DNA of 64,000 bases from Octopus sinensis (GCF_006345805.1 NC_043000.1:105958001-106022000); one strand, 5' to 3'; positions 24,353-37,516 are shown, numbered from the stretch's first letter. The notes: generated by a model not told the origin, from the sequence alone. Translations and numbers: made by a program.

Positions 24353-24570
24353 TGTTTTAGTGTATGTATTTGTCCTCCACCAGCACTTGACAACCAGTGT
24401 TGGTGTGTTTACATCCCTGTAATCTAGCGGTGTGGCAAAGGAAACCAATAGAATAAGTACCAGGCTTTACAAAAAAAAAAGAAGGTACTGGGGCTGATTT
24501 GTTCAACTAAAATTCTTCAAGGTGGTGCCCCAGCATGGCCACAGTCTAATGACTGAAACAAAAAAAAAAC
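24074..24570 (+). mobile_element. tRNA-derived SINE interrupted at its central microsatellite by an RTE 3'-end fragment
   Basis: The 5' half (24074-24225) and 3' half (24325-24570) are colinear with 58098-58472. The insert occupies 24236-24320. Confidence 0.75.
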
Positions 24571-27246
24571 CCCTTGGACGTTGCTGTCTTGAGTCATCTG
24601 GCTGGTAAACTGGTTTCCATGACGTATAAGTGACTGAGATCACAACATTCCCTCTGAATGGGATACCAGTCTGTTGCAGTGTTACTTATTTATAGCTGAA
24701 AGGACTGGTTTTACACAAGACCACAATGCATTGCCTAAAGTCAATATAACTCACAGTTCTCGTCTTATTGAAATTTCAGATATTGTTTCTGTACAAGGAA
24801 CTTTTTAAGCTGGATTCTGCCACTGAATATTCAGAAAATATTCAATGTAGCAGAATCATTAGTATTGGAAAAAGTGCTTTGCTGTATTTATTCTGGCTCC
24901 TTATATCTGGAGTTCAAATCTTTGCTTTTCATCCTTTCAGGGTCAATAAAATAAAGTACCAATAAGTACAGAGGTCAATGTAATCCTCTCTCCTCAAAAT
25001 TGCTGGTCTTATGCTTTAATTAGAAACAGTTATTAGTCATGAAGTTGTCTTATTATTTCCTTACTTCTTTCTCTTTTCCTTTTCTATTGCACTCTTTGTC
25101 TTTTTTTTCCCCACTTCTGTTACAACTACAAAAGAAATAATTCTGTAATGGTCCTATTTTTTGTACCCCTAAAATTCTGCTGTTCTTGTTTTTTGCTCTC
25201 TTCTACTGTGTGTTTACCTTCTATAATGTTCCTGCCTCACTTTACCCCACATCTTGCTCTACTGAACTCCATATCATTCCACTTCACCCTGCCCAGATCC
25301 CTTCCCCCTTCATGATATACCTACCCACCTCACACTATATCCACCCACTTCACTCTATCACCACCACACCCCATTTCACCCTCTACCCATCCCACTCAGT
25401 GATGTGTAATTCTTTCAGTTACTTTATCATACCACTTAAGAATAAAAATGTGGGCTTGTTTAAATTTCTGGTTCTTTTGGCAGTTCAAAAGAAAACTTAA
25501 GTGAAATTGCTGTTATCATACAGCAAACACTCTATTTCATTCTCTCCCCCCCTTTCTCTCTCTCTCACACACACACAGAATTGCTGAGGTGTAGGCTTTT
25601 TTTTTCAGTAATAGCAACTCAAACCAAAATAGAAGTTAAAAGGATCAGTCTTGCATGAGAACTATAAAGGTTTCCTTGCTGGATCCTATATCCTTGTGTG
25701 TTTATATTGAGGGCACAGGGAAATTGGCTTAAATGGTAGATGAAGTTTTTGCAGCAGTGATTCTCAAACATATCTTCAGTTCATGACCTTCTTAGCTATA
25801 CACATCACATCTTACCCAGTTCCTATAAATATGTCAAATCAAAAAGAAAATTAAGGGGCCTTTATGTGATCATTGAACTTGCTAGAAATAGCAGCAAAAC
25901 TACCCTCAAATTACACCCTTCTGTCTTAAATAAAGAGAGATACATTGATCAAGGAAGTGCTACAATACAAATACAGCTGATTCAGCCAACTACATTGCCA
26001 TCTCTTTTAAAAAATGGACTCAATGAAATCATCTTGAGAGCAATGGTTTGATATTTTAGTTACTTCTCTGTGCACAGAGTATAGAAAGAGAGGGTTAGCA
26101 TCCTTAAACTGTTTTATCAACCCATTTGAGACCAACTTAGATCTTTGATATACAATTCCCCATTTTAAATTGTTCCTATTTGTATTAAAACCTACCATAA
26201 ATTTAAGTTCTGTTCTAAACATTATTGCTTTATATGGAAGTAAAAGTTATTTTACTAAATCCTTTGAAATTCTTGATTATTGAAAGTATATAGGTTATTT
26301 TATCTTAATAGAAAAATAGTAATAAAAGGGTTAAGCTCTCTAATTCTGTATTCCAGAACCTGTTGAGAACCCTTTTCCAGTGCCTTGCCTTCCTTGAGGA
26401 AAACACTTACATGTCAGTTATGGTTTCAATAAAATAAGTGCTTGAATTGACATATCAATTACCTTTTGAATGGGAGATCCTTGTACCTAGAAAAGAACCA
26501 GGCCTGTGAAAATAACTCCACTCCAAATGTTAGCTGATAAACTACAAACATAGGTTTTCTGTTCAAATATTTCATCGTAAATATGACCACTTAATTTTAC
26601 TTCAGTCCATCTAATTGTATATGCTTCAATTTGTGTAGTTTGCTTTAGGAAGTAAAATTTCAAATAGACAGTTGCAAAAAATGCATTCATCTCCTTGAAC
26701 CAAGAAGAGAGTTTCTATGAGGTAGCTTGATTTGCTTCAAATACAACCATCTTCAAATTACTGAATATTAAAGAGCTCATTAAAAAAATCTTGTCCTAGA
26801 ATACACCATCTGAAGAAAAAAGAGAAGTGGCCACAGCTGTAATACCTTTGATCACAGATCTGTAGTATCAGCATTGATCTGAGCTTAAACAATAAAAATA
26901 TTCAATAATTACTTCACATATACCAAAGTTTGCTAAAAATCATTTCACATTTCTACAGTAGACCAAAAGCTGAATGTAAAATTAGATAGTTTTTATTAAA
27001 TCTCTAAAATATGTACTAAAATGATAATTTAAAGCTGATTATTTCTCAGTGTATCTCCTGTAACCACCTGCATTACTAAACTAAATATTAAAGCTTTGGC
27101 TATTCTTATTCTTCATCATGACTTCTGTTTAAGTAAGAATGTTATACTGAGCTATCTGTTTTATTGAATAAACTTGTGATATATGTATAAATATATATAT
27201 ATACACATACACACTCATACATAAATGTGTATATATATATATATAT

Positions 27247-27700
27247 CATCATGATCATTGTTTAATGTCCGTTTTCCATGCTAGCATGGGTTGGACGATT
27301 TGACTGAGGACTGGTGAACCAGATGGCTGCACCAGGTTCCAATCTGATCTGGCAGAGTTTCTACAGCTGCATGCCCTTCCTAATGCCAACCACTCTGAGA
27401 GTGTAGTGGGTGCTTTTACATGCCACTGGCACAAGGGCCAGTCAGGCAGTACTGGCAATGGCCATGCTCAAATGGTGTTTTTTATGTGCTACCTGCACAG
27501 GAGCTAGTCCAGTGACACTGGCAACGACCTCGCTCGACTATTTTTTCATGTGCCAGTAAAGTGACGCTGGTAACAATCACGCTCGGATGGTGCTTTTTAC
27601 ATGCCACTGACATGGAAGCCAGTCAGCTGCTCTGGCAATGATCACACTTGAATGGTGCTTTTAGCGCTCTACTAGCATGGATGCCAGTCATCGAATTTGA
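27247..27700 (-). mobile_element. RTE 3'-UTR copy with internal ~50-bp tandem units
   Basis: Same tail and body as 4111 and 31393, with repeated cttttacatgccactggca...ggcaatga units. Confidence 0.75.
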
Positions 27701-27886
27701 TTTCGATTGTCCAACCTCTGTCTATATGAGTTAGAGGTTAAACAACCATCAAAGGGATAATAAATATCCAATATACTACTGGATGTACACCTATGTGTTT
27801 TTATCCAAATGCTTATTGTTGCAAGGCAATAGTGCAATTGAATAATAAGTATAAGTGGGGGTAAACAGAAATTTACCCAGAATTTA

Positions 27887-30800
27887 TAAGGCAAAGAAGA
27901 AAATGGAGAAGATAATTAATTAAATATCAGCCTGCAAACATCAATTGGATCTATCTATTGATTACAGTCCTATGTATAAATAAGTAAATAAATAAATGAA
28001 TTAGAATAAATGAGTGAATAGTACTATACTCTTATTGCTGTTTCTATTTTGGGGGTCCGTCCTGTCAAATTTGGCACATCACACCAATATTATACAGAGA
28101 TTAAACAAATATTGGACAGAGGTTGGACAATAATTGAGCCCCAAAGCTTCATCAGAGAGTCCATAATGGTAAGAATCAAACATGTGAAGAAGTAAAATAA
28201 GCTAATAAAATAATAAAAATAATAAGGAATGGTAAAAAAATAAATTCCAAGGTAATATCCTTAGGTTTTGAGATTACATCTTATTTCAATTTACTGGGGG
28301 ATATAGCAAGGGTAAAACGTTATAGAGTGTGGTTAATGGGGCGGTCCATATTACAGGGGTCATTAGTTAGAAACTAAAGGCTATGCAATAGAATATCCAT
28401 AAAATTAACGTTTACTTAATGTGAACTTAGTTGGGGAAATCAGTATGTAACTATATCAATGAAGAAATAATTCGGGTATAAATTAAGTGTGCTGTTATTA
28501 ACAAAAATCTCACCATAATACCTCTATGATGAGTAGGGTGAGGCCAATGTTAATCCTAGAACTTAATTGGTCCACTAATATTTGAAAATCTATCAATAAA
28601 ATACAAAACAAATAAAAGAAAAAGAAAATATTCAAGGAATGAATTGTCTAAGGGGCCTTAAATACTAAGAGGGGTAATAAATAATATGTGCAGTTAGGGG
28701 TATGTTATTCTGTTATGAATACATCTAAGATACAGTTCTAATTGAAAAATAATTGTCTGAACGAGAAAAGATGAAAAATATGAATGAAAATATTTTCATT
28801 ATTACAGACTATAGCCAAAGTAGAAACAGCTGTAAGAGTATAGTATTATTCACTCATTTATTCTTATTCATTTAATTTACTTATCTCTTATGATAAAAGG
28901 CAGATTTTCTCTGCCTCCCAAATCGTTCGTTTTTTATACAATTGTACAATATAGAATTTCTTCAATTGGAATTTACCTATGATTTTTCCAAGTAGATTCC
29001 GTTGGGTCATGGCATGTAAAGTTTTTTCAATTTGACCCCCAATTAAGCAAAAATTCGAGAAAACTCAATATTTTACGATTTGCCTCTCTCACTTCAAGTG
29101 CTTCACTCCTTCCATTACCACTACACTTTCTCCTCCTTTCTCTTTGCAAGTGTGCAACAATTAAAGTGAAAGTATTTATATAACAGGGATGAGCCATTAA
29201 TACTGGTCATCCTTTTTGCTAGAGGAAGATCCGCTATGGTCTTATTTGCTACACCACTGCTTTTCAATTCATATTAATCAAATTAATATTCAATTTTTCA
29301 CCCTTATTATGTGTGTGTGTGTGTATTAGCAATTCGTATAAAATTGCATCAATGACTTGTACTTGAATAAGTGGTTTCACATAAATGGGGATAAATTAAA
29401 AAGGTTTGTTGTTATTATTATTACTGTTTGACTATTGTAATCACGTTTGTTGGTTCCTCGTCAGGGAAACGTTGTTGTGTTGCATTTGTTAAATAATTGT
29501 AAACTGTAACCCCCCCCCCTTTCGGAGAAGGGGCTTTGGTTATTGTTTCAAAATTGAATTGTGTCCCTGTTTGGGGAAATTGACAATATTTTCACCGTCT
29601 TTACGGAAGCATTTTCGTTAAAATGCCTTCGATAGAAGAAAGTCCAAAAATTAATTTCGCTGCAGCCGTACACTTCTATACAAGAGGGAGGACAAGATCC
29701 AATTGATCGAAATTGCAAGAGACGGGCCTATAATTCCAGTCTGTTATATATTTTGAGTATTGTTATCACTAGCGATATCAAGATATAACTTTGTATTTTG
29801 TATTTTATGTGTAGATGTATATATGTATATATATATATATAGAGAGAGAGAGATGTACATGTAATATGTACACATATATATATATATACACATATATACA
29901 TGCATAATATATCTACCCATACACACACACGCACACACATATACATAGGAGCAGGTGTAGTTGTGTGGTAACAAACTACGTTCGAAGATACTGTACATGA
30001 TATGGGCGGTAGTGCCTTGCCGGTCTATGGCCTACCTTCAACAAACCGGGAAGGCACAAACACTCTGTCTTCACATTTGCTGCGTGAGACATGTTTTAAT
30101 GTTGACGAGCTTGCTGAGTACATAGCCGACAATGAGCCAAAGCTCCTTCCAGAACAGAAGTTTGCTTACAACTCCGTTGTTAATTCAGTCCAGGCCAAAG
30201 CTGGGGGGATTTTTTTCCAGGACGCTCCTGGGGGCACTGGGAAAACTTTTGTCAACAAATTAATATTGGCTGAGATTAGGCGAACACAAGGCATTGCCCT
30301 AGCTGTGGCATCATCTGGAATTGCGGCTACTTTGTTGCCAGGCGGCAGGACAGCTCACTCCACTTTCAAGCTTCCGCTTGACTTAGTGAAGACTGAGACA
30401 CCAACTTGCAACATCAGTAACAGCTTCGATCAGGCAGAAGTCTTCAGACGATGCAAGCTTATCGTTTGGGATGAATGCACGATGGCCCACAGAGATGCTC
30501 TTGAGGCACTAGATAGATCTCTCAGAGATATCAAACATTCTCCAGCTCCCATGGGAGGCATAACACTTCTTCTTTCAGGGGACTTCCGACAAACACTTCC
30601 CGTTATTCCCAAAGGGACTAGAGCTGATGCAGTAAGTGCGTGTCTTAAGTCATCCACATTGTGGCCACTGGTGAAGACTCTCAAACTTCACACCAATATG
30701 CGTGCTCATATGCGACGTAATATCACATCAGCAGCATTTTCTCACACCCTCCTTGCACTTGGCGAAGGTAAAATACCAGGGGATGAAAATGGTAATATTG

Positions 30801-31384
30801 CCATCGATTCCATTTGTACCATTGTTAAAACACCTTCTGATCTCAGAGATGCAGTGTTCCCAGATCTACAAGCTAATTATCAGAATATGGATTGGATTGG
30901 CCAAACGGCTATTCTGGCCCCGAGGAATAAAACTGTTCACCATATTAATGATGAAATGCTAAAACTCATTCCTGGGGATGTCTATGTATATAAGTCTATC
31001 GATACAACTCCTGACCCAGAGGACGTCATCAACTATCCAATAGAGGTACTCAATTCCTTTGAGCCCCCCGGACTACCACCACACATTCTCAAACTTAAAG
31101 TTGGTGCCCCTATAATGCTCATTAGAAATTTGGTTCCCCCAAAACAATGCAATGGCACACGTTTGATCGTTAAGTCCTTATCTCCCACCGTAAACTTATA
31201 TCAATATTTGCCTGAATAATCATCATAATTCAGTGCAATCATTAACAGTACTTTCAAGCAAATCAGCCCCGAGCATCGCCGGGCAATTCTGCTAGTTTAT
31301 ATATATATATATGATTGTAATCAATAAATAGATCCAATTAATGTTTGTTAATTAATTATCTTCTCCATTTTCTTCTTTGCCTTA
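27887..31384. mobile_element. 3.5-kb segment bounded by ~70-bp inverted repeats and flanked by TA (putative TIR element or composite)
   Basis: TA|TAAGGCAAAGAAGAAAATGGAGAAGATAATTAATTAA is a 37-bp perfect match to the reverse complement of 31348-31384. A further ~33 bp matches after an 11-bp indel. TA lies at 27885-86 and 31385-86. Confidence 0.55.
29975..31295 (+). mobile_element. Helitron fragment: PIF1-family helicase coding region (ORF 30002-31219, 405 aa, C-terminally deleted) joined to a Helitron 3' terminus
   Basis: Walker A FQDAPGGTGKTF, AVASSGIAATLLPGGRTAHSTFK, Walker B IVWDECTM, GDFRQTLPV, LKVGAPIMLIRNL and CNGTRL are present. Motifs V/VI (KSQGQ, YVALSR) are absent. The 3' end has the hairpin GCCCCGAGCATCGCCGGGC (31266-31284) and CTAG|T at 31292-31296. 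Confidence 0.92.
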
Positions 31385-31739
31385 TATATATCATCATCAT
31401 TGTCGTCTTCGTTTAAGATTCACTTTCCATGCTGGCATGGGTTGGACAGTTTGACTGAGGACTGGCGAGCCAGAAGGCTGCACCAGGCTCCAATCTCATC
31501 TGGCAAAGTTTCTACAGCTGGATGTCCTTCCTAATACCAACCACTCCAAGAGTGTAGTGGGTGCTTTTACGTGCCACTGGCACGAGGGCCAGTCAGGCAG
31601 TACTAGCAACAACCATGCACAAAAGGTGTTTTTTTACATGCCACCTGCACGGGAGCCACTCCAGCGGCACTGGCAATGACCACACTTGAATGTTGTTTTT
31701 CACGTGCCACCGGCACTGGCAATGATCACGCTTGGTATG

Positions 31740-32115
31740 TAGAGGCACAATGGCTCAGTGGTTAGGGAAGCGGACTCGCGGTTGTGGGATCGCAGTTTTG
31801 ATTCCCAGACTGGGCGTTGTGTTTATTGAGCGAAAACACCTAAAGCTCCACAAGGCTTCGGCAGGCAGGGTGGTGATGCAAACCTTGCTGTACTCTTTCA
31901 CCACAACTTTCTCTCATTCTTTCTTCCTGTTTCTCTTGTAGCTGTATTTCAAAGGGCTAGCCTTGTCATACACTGTGTCACACTGAATTTCCCTGAGAAC
32001 TATGTTAAGGGTACATGTGTGTTTGGAGTGCTCAGCTCCTTACACATTAATTTCATGAATGGGCTGTTCCGTTGATCAACTGGAACCCTCGTCATCATAA
32101 CCGACTGAGTGCCAC
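31740..32115 (+). mobile_element. tRNA-derived SINE (third family)
   Basis: Head TGGCTCAGTGGTTAGG...GTTTTGATTCCC (A/B boxes), with the body shared with the - strand copy at 48535-48825. Confidence 0.75.
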
Positions 32116-32222
32116 AATATATATATATATGCATACATACATAAATGTGTATATATATATATATATATGCATACATACATAAATGTGTGTATATATATAT
32201 ATATATATGCATACATACATAA

Positions 32223-32267
<45 letters not shown>

Positions 32268-32330
32268 CATAAATGTATGTGTATATATATTTACACATAA
32301 ATGTATATATATATATGCACATACCTTCAT
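32110..32330. repeat. Compound microsatellite/minisatellite (ATATATATGCATACATACATAAATGTGT units)
   Basis: Three near-identical ~38-40 bp units with variable (TA)n length. Confidence 0.85.
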
Positions 32331-33558
32331 ACATGCACACAAAGCTTGCATGCTGTCAAAGTGAAGTATATTATCTTAACTTGTTATACTATTGTTAATC
32401 ACTTTATGAAATGTTATCTTCCCTATCTACAACACAATGGGTCCTTATGTTACTAACCTAAGCGTACAGACTATACTTACACCTTACTACAGTTTTATGA
32501 CTGAATCTCTCTTCATTGTTCACGAAACTTTAGTGATTGCATTAACACCTTAAGGCCTGGCCTTGGCTGGTTGAGTTTCATATTCTATTGTCTTCTGTCT
32601 GTTCTTTTATTTGTGCAGCTGTCTCTTATGTACAATGTCTGTAATTTCATCGTTGATCTAGCAGTTTAATGGCTTAATATCTTTAACTACTCTACACATC
32701 ATGTCCTGCCTGTCCTTACATTTGGGCCCTCTATTCACTGTTGATTGACCTCTGTTAGAGTCATTCATTCTCATTGTTCACCATTCTGTTTTAGTGATAC
32801 TTTCTCACCACTTCATTTTCATTGTCATTGAGGGCTTATTTGAAACCATATTATTTCGAACTTCTTTCTCCCAAAGGCATCCTGATTCATCTTTATAGTG
32901 GACAGCAGAATTAGTGGAGTATCAGTAAATAACATTGTGCTATTTAGTTACATCCTTTATGTTTTTGCCTAGACCTGTTTTACTTTGCATCTTTCTTTGA
33001 ACAAAATATATCAATCAAGTAGCTGGGTGATATAACCATCTACACTCTTGAAAGTGATGCCCCAGCATGACCAGTCAGATGACTGAAACTGGTAAGAATG
33101 TTTTAAAAAATTCCCAGTTTTGTTTTTGTGACCTAGAAAGAATTAGTAAAACCTTCCAGTATACTTATTGTTAGCTTTTCCCCACACATCTTGCTATATT
33201 GTTCACTATCTGCTTCTTTCTTCTAAGTCAGTCACTGTTCTACTCTTTTACTGTCATGGATCTGTGAGTCATTATCCACTGTTTTATATATGATCTTAAT
33301 ACACACTCATTATTCTCCATCTCCCTTGTTAAAAAAAAAAGCATACATCCGCCAAATTTATTCATAGATATACTTTAAAGTTTTGTGTTGCAAAATCTAC
33401 AAATCTTACTTGTGTTCATTGTTGGATCTCTATTCGTCTGCTTTATACATAATTCAGATAATCATTTTGTTGACAAGAAAAATATCCTGGTAAAAGGCAC
33501 CCATGCTAGCGATATGTTTTACCACTACACTCTTGGAATGGTTGGCATTAGGAAGGGC

Positions 33559-36450
33559 TAGCTACGTAGCCAGCCAATTGCAACTGGAGGTGCTGAACAG
33601 GTGTATGGACAAAAGCCCTGACTTAAAGTGTGAAAGGGGACAAAAGCCCCATGCTTATATTTTTCGGTTTTTTTTTCTTCACATTTCATGGCACCTAGCC
33701 TGGTCAAAACTTCTGATATATTTCATTTTTATTTTCATTTTACTTGTTGCAGTCATTAAACTGGGGCATCATCTCAAAGAATTTTTAGTCGAATGTATCG
33801 ACTCCAATATTTTTTAAAATGATATTCAACAAGCACATAGGTCTTCCCACATGCTAGAGATAACAGCCAAATCTTTAAACATTTCATCTATATAATTTCA
33901 AATAAACAAAAACAAACTGTGGTTGTAAAAGAAAACGAAACACTTTCATAGTTTAACAATGGCGGGGTGTTGTTTGAGGGGCTTTTTTCCTTAGGGTCTT
34001 TTCTATTACACCTGCTGAACAGAACTCTAAAAACCATACTGTTTATAAAATTTGATTATGTCTCTGTTGTGTGGAAATAGAACACCCAGAAGGTAGAACG
34101 GATGGATTAGTCCACCAGGATAAATATGGTGGAATAATGCCAATGGGTTGGCGGAAGGTTGGCCGTGACCTGACACAATACAAGGCAAAAAAATTTAAGA
34201 AAATCATCCTTGTATATACTTGATTTGTATTTATTTAGGGAAGCAAGTATCATGAGGTTTGATTTTTGCTGGTGCTTCATATTTTGTTGAAAGGGTGTCA
34301 TAATTTGAGTTAGCGTCGAAAACAATGATTCACATGTAGCTGTGCTAGATCCAAATGTTAATGCTGCACCATACAAAAGATAAACATTTGGAAAGGCATC
34401 CTGTACAATACGTAAAGATCTAAAAATATCAAGCAGTGTCATCATATATACTTTAGCTACAGTAAGTTCACAAAGTAAGGCTGATATATCGCAATTAACT
34501 GAATTGCTCAAAGGTTTTAAAGCATCAAAATCCAAAAATGTCTCGGGCATTGGTAGTAGTCTTGCCAAGGAAGAATATATACTATTGTTTTGCTCTGAAA
34601 ATCTATTATCTAGCTCTCCCAAGCTTTCGTTGATGATCGCAAAATAAATTTTGTGATGAAGGGTTAGCCAGTCATCTTGTGATAGTACCAGGGCTTTAAC
34701 AACATAATCTGAAAAACGTCGGGACCTGCAGGCTTTTCGATGCATGTGTTCCTCAATAACATTAAATTGACTCATTTGTTTTAGAATCTCATCAAATTTT
34801 AAAGAGTTTCTCAGTTTGGTTATTTCACTCTTGGCAATCTTAAGAAGCTCAAGGCCACGGTATATATCACATTTGTGACTCTGAAGTTGTTTATCTACTG
34901 GTCTAATTATATGCAGAAATTTGCTAAGAACAAGGGCTAGAAAAACAAACCTTGGGGAACAAACTTAATGTAAAATTCCAGTTGCCTCTATACACATTTT
35001 TGAATCTGATGAATCTGTGCATTCGGTTAGCAAACCAACAATTTTGGAGTGATTTTCTATTACAGAAGCAATGGCAGTGAAATGACCTGACCACCTATGC
35101 TCCATAAGATGTGGCAACTTCAGTCTTTTGCAGAGGCTAGCTATCTCTGGCCGTTTAATAAAATTATGAAGAATATTAACAGCGTCAACGAACGTAGCTA
35201 ACTCCAGAATCCACTTTATTGTGTTAACCACGACAAGATGCAACTGATGATTAAGACAATGAACATAGGGTATATATTTCTCAAGTTGATTCTGAATCTT
35301 TCTTTGAACGCCACCTATTTTGCTAGATATCACAGGAGCACCATCATAGCATTGTGACAACATACGCTTTGGGTCAATGCAAAGATTGGTTAATTCCTTA
35401 ATTATCAAGTTGGCCAATATTTCAGCATCATAATGTTGAGTAGTTGGCATCGCAACTAACTTTTCCAGAACCCTGCCGTTTTTCAAGTACTTAATAACAA
35501 TTGCAAGATTTTCAGTATTACTCAAATCACGCGTTCCATCACATTTCATCGTAAAATAAGGAACATCGGAACATTTTATTTCATCGACCACGAGGTTGAC
35601 AGTGTGTCTTCTCAACAATTCGATGATTTCGTTTTGCATTGCTCCCTAGGTGTAGGCCACATTTTTTGGAATCATGCTGTAACATTCCATTAGCTTTGAG
35701 TCTTTCTCTAATGGGTACTGGAATAATTTCATAAAAAGTCAACAAGGCTGCATGTCATCTTCCGACTAAAGATCCTGAAAAGCTTCATTTCTGTTTCCCC
35801 GAAAAGGCAATTTGTTTGCACAAAAAAAAATGAACAATATCAACAATGTAACTGATATAATAATGGTTTTTGCTCAATTGATCATTTTGCAAGATTGAAG
35901 ACATAGATATTGTTGTGGATAAACGCTGATGGCATTCCTTCCATGTTACCATAGCTTGGATATGGGATGCAGAGTTTGTGTGCTTATTTAAACCTTTGTT
36001 TTTTTCTTTTGCATGATGCCAATTAGAATATCCATTTTTAATAAAACAAGTATCAGCTTGAGCAGAAGTATTAAAGTGCCGACAAACAAAGCAAGGCTTT
36101 CTTTGAAAGAGAATACTCTAACCATGGACGACCAGTATACCAGCTTGATGTGAAGTCATGTCTCTGATTTCCATAAATTTTGGGATCAAACTTTGCTAGA
36201 ACTGGCTGCACTGGTTGACAGTTGACCTGTCCTAGATCATCCAATGTGGGTGTCAAAGACTTTGCAAGACCTCCCTTGAGCTGCGAAACTTTGTTAGCAA
36301 TTCTCTTGTGTTTAGCATTAGATGAATCAGATTGGAAATTCAGCAATGATTGCTTCAATTCTCTTTTTCGGTAGTGATTCATTTTGATATTCGCAATAAT
36401 TAATTCTAAAGTAGAATATCGTAGTAAGAGTAACAATTTCTTAAAATTTA
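33559..36450 (-). pseudogene. hAT transposon remnant with a disrupted ZMYM1-like transposase
   Basis: Three ORF pieces: TTF-like zinc-finger region (FTSSWY..RPWLEYS), DUF4371-like and catalytic region (FTMKCDGTRD, SQCYDGA, YVHCLNHQLHL), and hATC dimerisation region (FPNV..L..AALT..SSTATCESLFS). Stops and frameshifts separate them. A TIR-like TAGCTACGTAGCCAGCC lies at 33559. Confidence 0.85.
33600..34012. mobile_element. MULE/MuDR-like (or Merlin-like) MITE, 413 bp, nested in the hAT subterminal region
   Basis: Perfect 9-bp TSD TGCTGAACA (33591-33599 and 34013-34021). TIRs GGTGTATGGACAAAAGCCC / GGGTCTTTTCTATTACACC. Confidence 0.8.
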
Positions 36451-36469
36451 TGTATTTTTAAATTAAACT

Positions 36470-37266
36470 CGTATGAAATTTCAGTTCAAGCAATTTTATT
36501 TTTTCAATTTCTTCAAACTTATGCTTTTTTTAGTTAAACACAAAATGATTTCAGTATAAACTTTGTTCAAAGAATAAGAAAAATTATCAGTGCAAGTTCT
36601 CACCTGAAAAATTCTTTGGGAAATTTCAAGAATTTCAAAAAACGACTCCCAGTATCATGACTTGAACTGGGGGCTTGGTCCTAAAGACGCCCTTTACTTC
36701 ATAAGGTGACTTAGCAATATATTGATCATTGCAACATTTTAAAACATCATCAACAGTAAAGATTTTTTCATCTGTAAAGATTTTGACGATTTGTCCATTG
36801 TGCTTCAGGTATTGCAACACTATTTTGGTGTTTCTGATGGTCTTTGGATCAACTTTCATGTCCATTGACAGTTTTCTCATGGATGTTGTTGGGTCTTTCA
36901 AAATTTTGGCTTTTAGAGATTTAAGAAATGCATTTTCCCGTTTGATATTTATTCCTCCACTTCCTTGCTTTTTCTTGATGCCTCCCATATCCAGCATTCA
37001 GTTCTTAATGTTGTAGACAGTGCTCACAGAGGCCCCAACATTCTGAGCAATATGACTAATAGTGCAACCCTGGCACAAAGCAAATCTGTAATGCATTATC
37101 TCTTGGCTTCTTAAGTGGACATGCTAGATTGTATGACTAGAACTTCTGCTTAAATTAACTCTATATACCTCCTCCCTGAAATAGAAACAATATTTTAATA
37201 TTTATGCTCAGGAATATATGAAAAATAAGGCTTCCAAAATATTCCAAGTTTTGCTTCCCCACCCTG
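36470..37266 (-). mobile_element. Deleted maT/DD37D-like mariner element
   Basis: GSGG.NIKR...LKAKI.KDPTTSMRKLS....VDPKTIR...KIFTDEKIFTVD...NDQYIA...RTK.P.QVMILGV. One TIR, CCCCACCCTG|TA, at 37257-37268. The other end is truncated. Confidence 0.85.
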
Positions 37267-37516
37267 TATGTTCAAATATTTTGTGACTCAACACTATATG
37301 GGAATAATTAATGAAATTTTTCTTTGGTTCTTGATTGGTTCTTACTTTATAGTATAATATCATTAAAGGTAAAACAAAAGTAAATATAACAGCATATCTT
37401 TGTTTTAAATAACTTTACTAAAGTTCAGTTGCTTCACTTTCAACACACGATCTTAGATGTAGTCTTTTGTCACACTCCTAAACTATTATCTTTTATTTTT
37501 CAATATGTTATTCTAG

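Noticed and set aside
30002-31219. Host PIF1 helicase gene or a horizontally acquired gene
   Set aside because: It is intronless, truncated at both ends and followed by a Helitron hairpin and CTAG|T. The motifs (DAPGGTGKTF, LLPGGRTAHS) are of the Helitron type.
31740-31815. tRNA genes at the heads with A/B boxes (also 5298, 24074, 48760-48825, 58098)
   Set aside because: No complete cloverleaf or acceptor stem is evident, and each continues into a repeated SINE body.
34107-36436. Domesticated ZMYM1/ZBED-like host gene
   Set aside because: It is broken into three ORFs by several stops and frameshifts with no splice sites that rescue the frame, and it has a TIR-like end with a MITE insertion.
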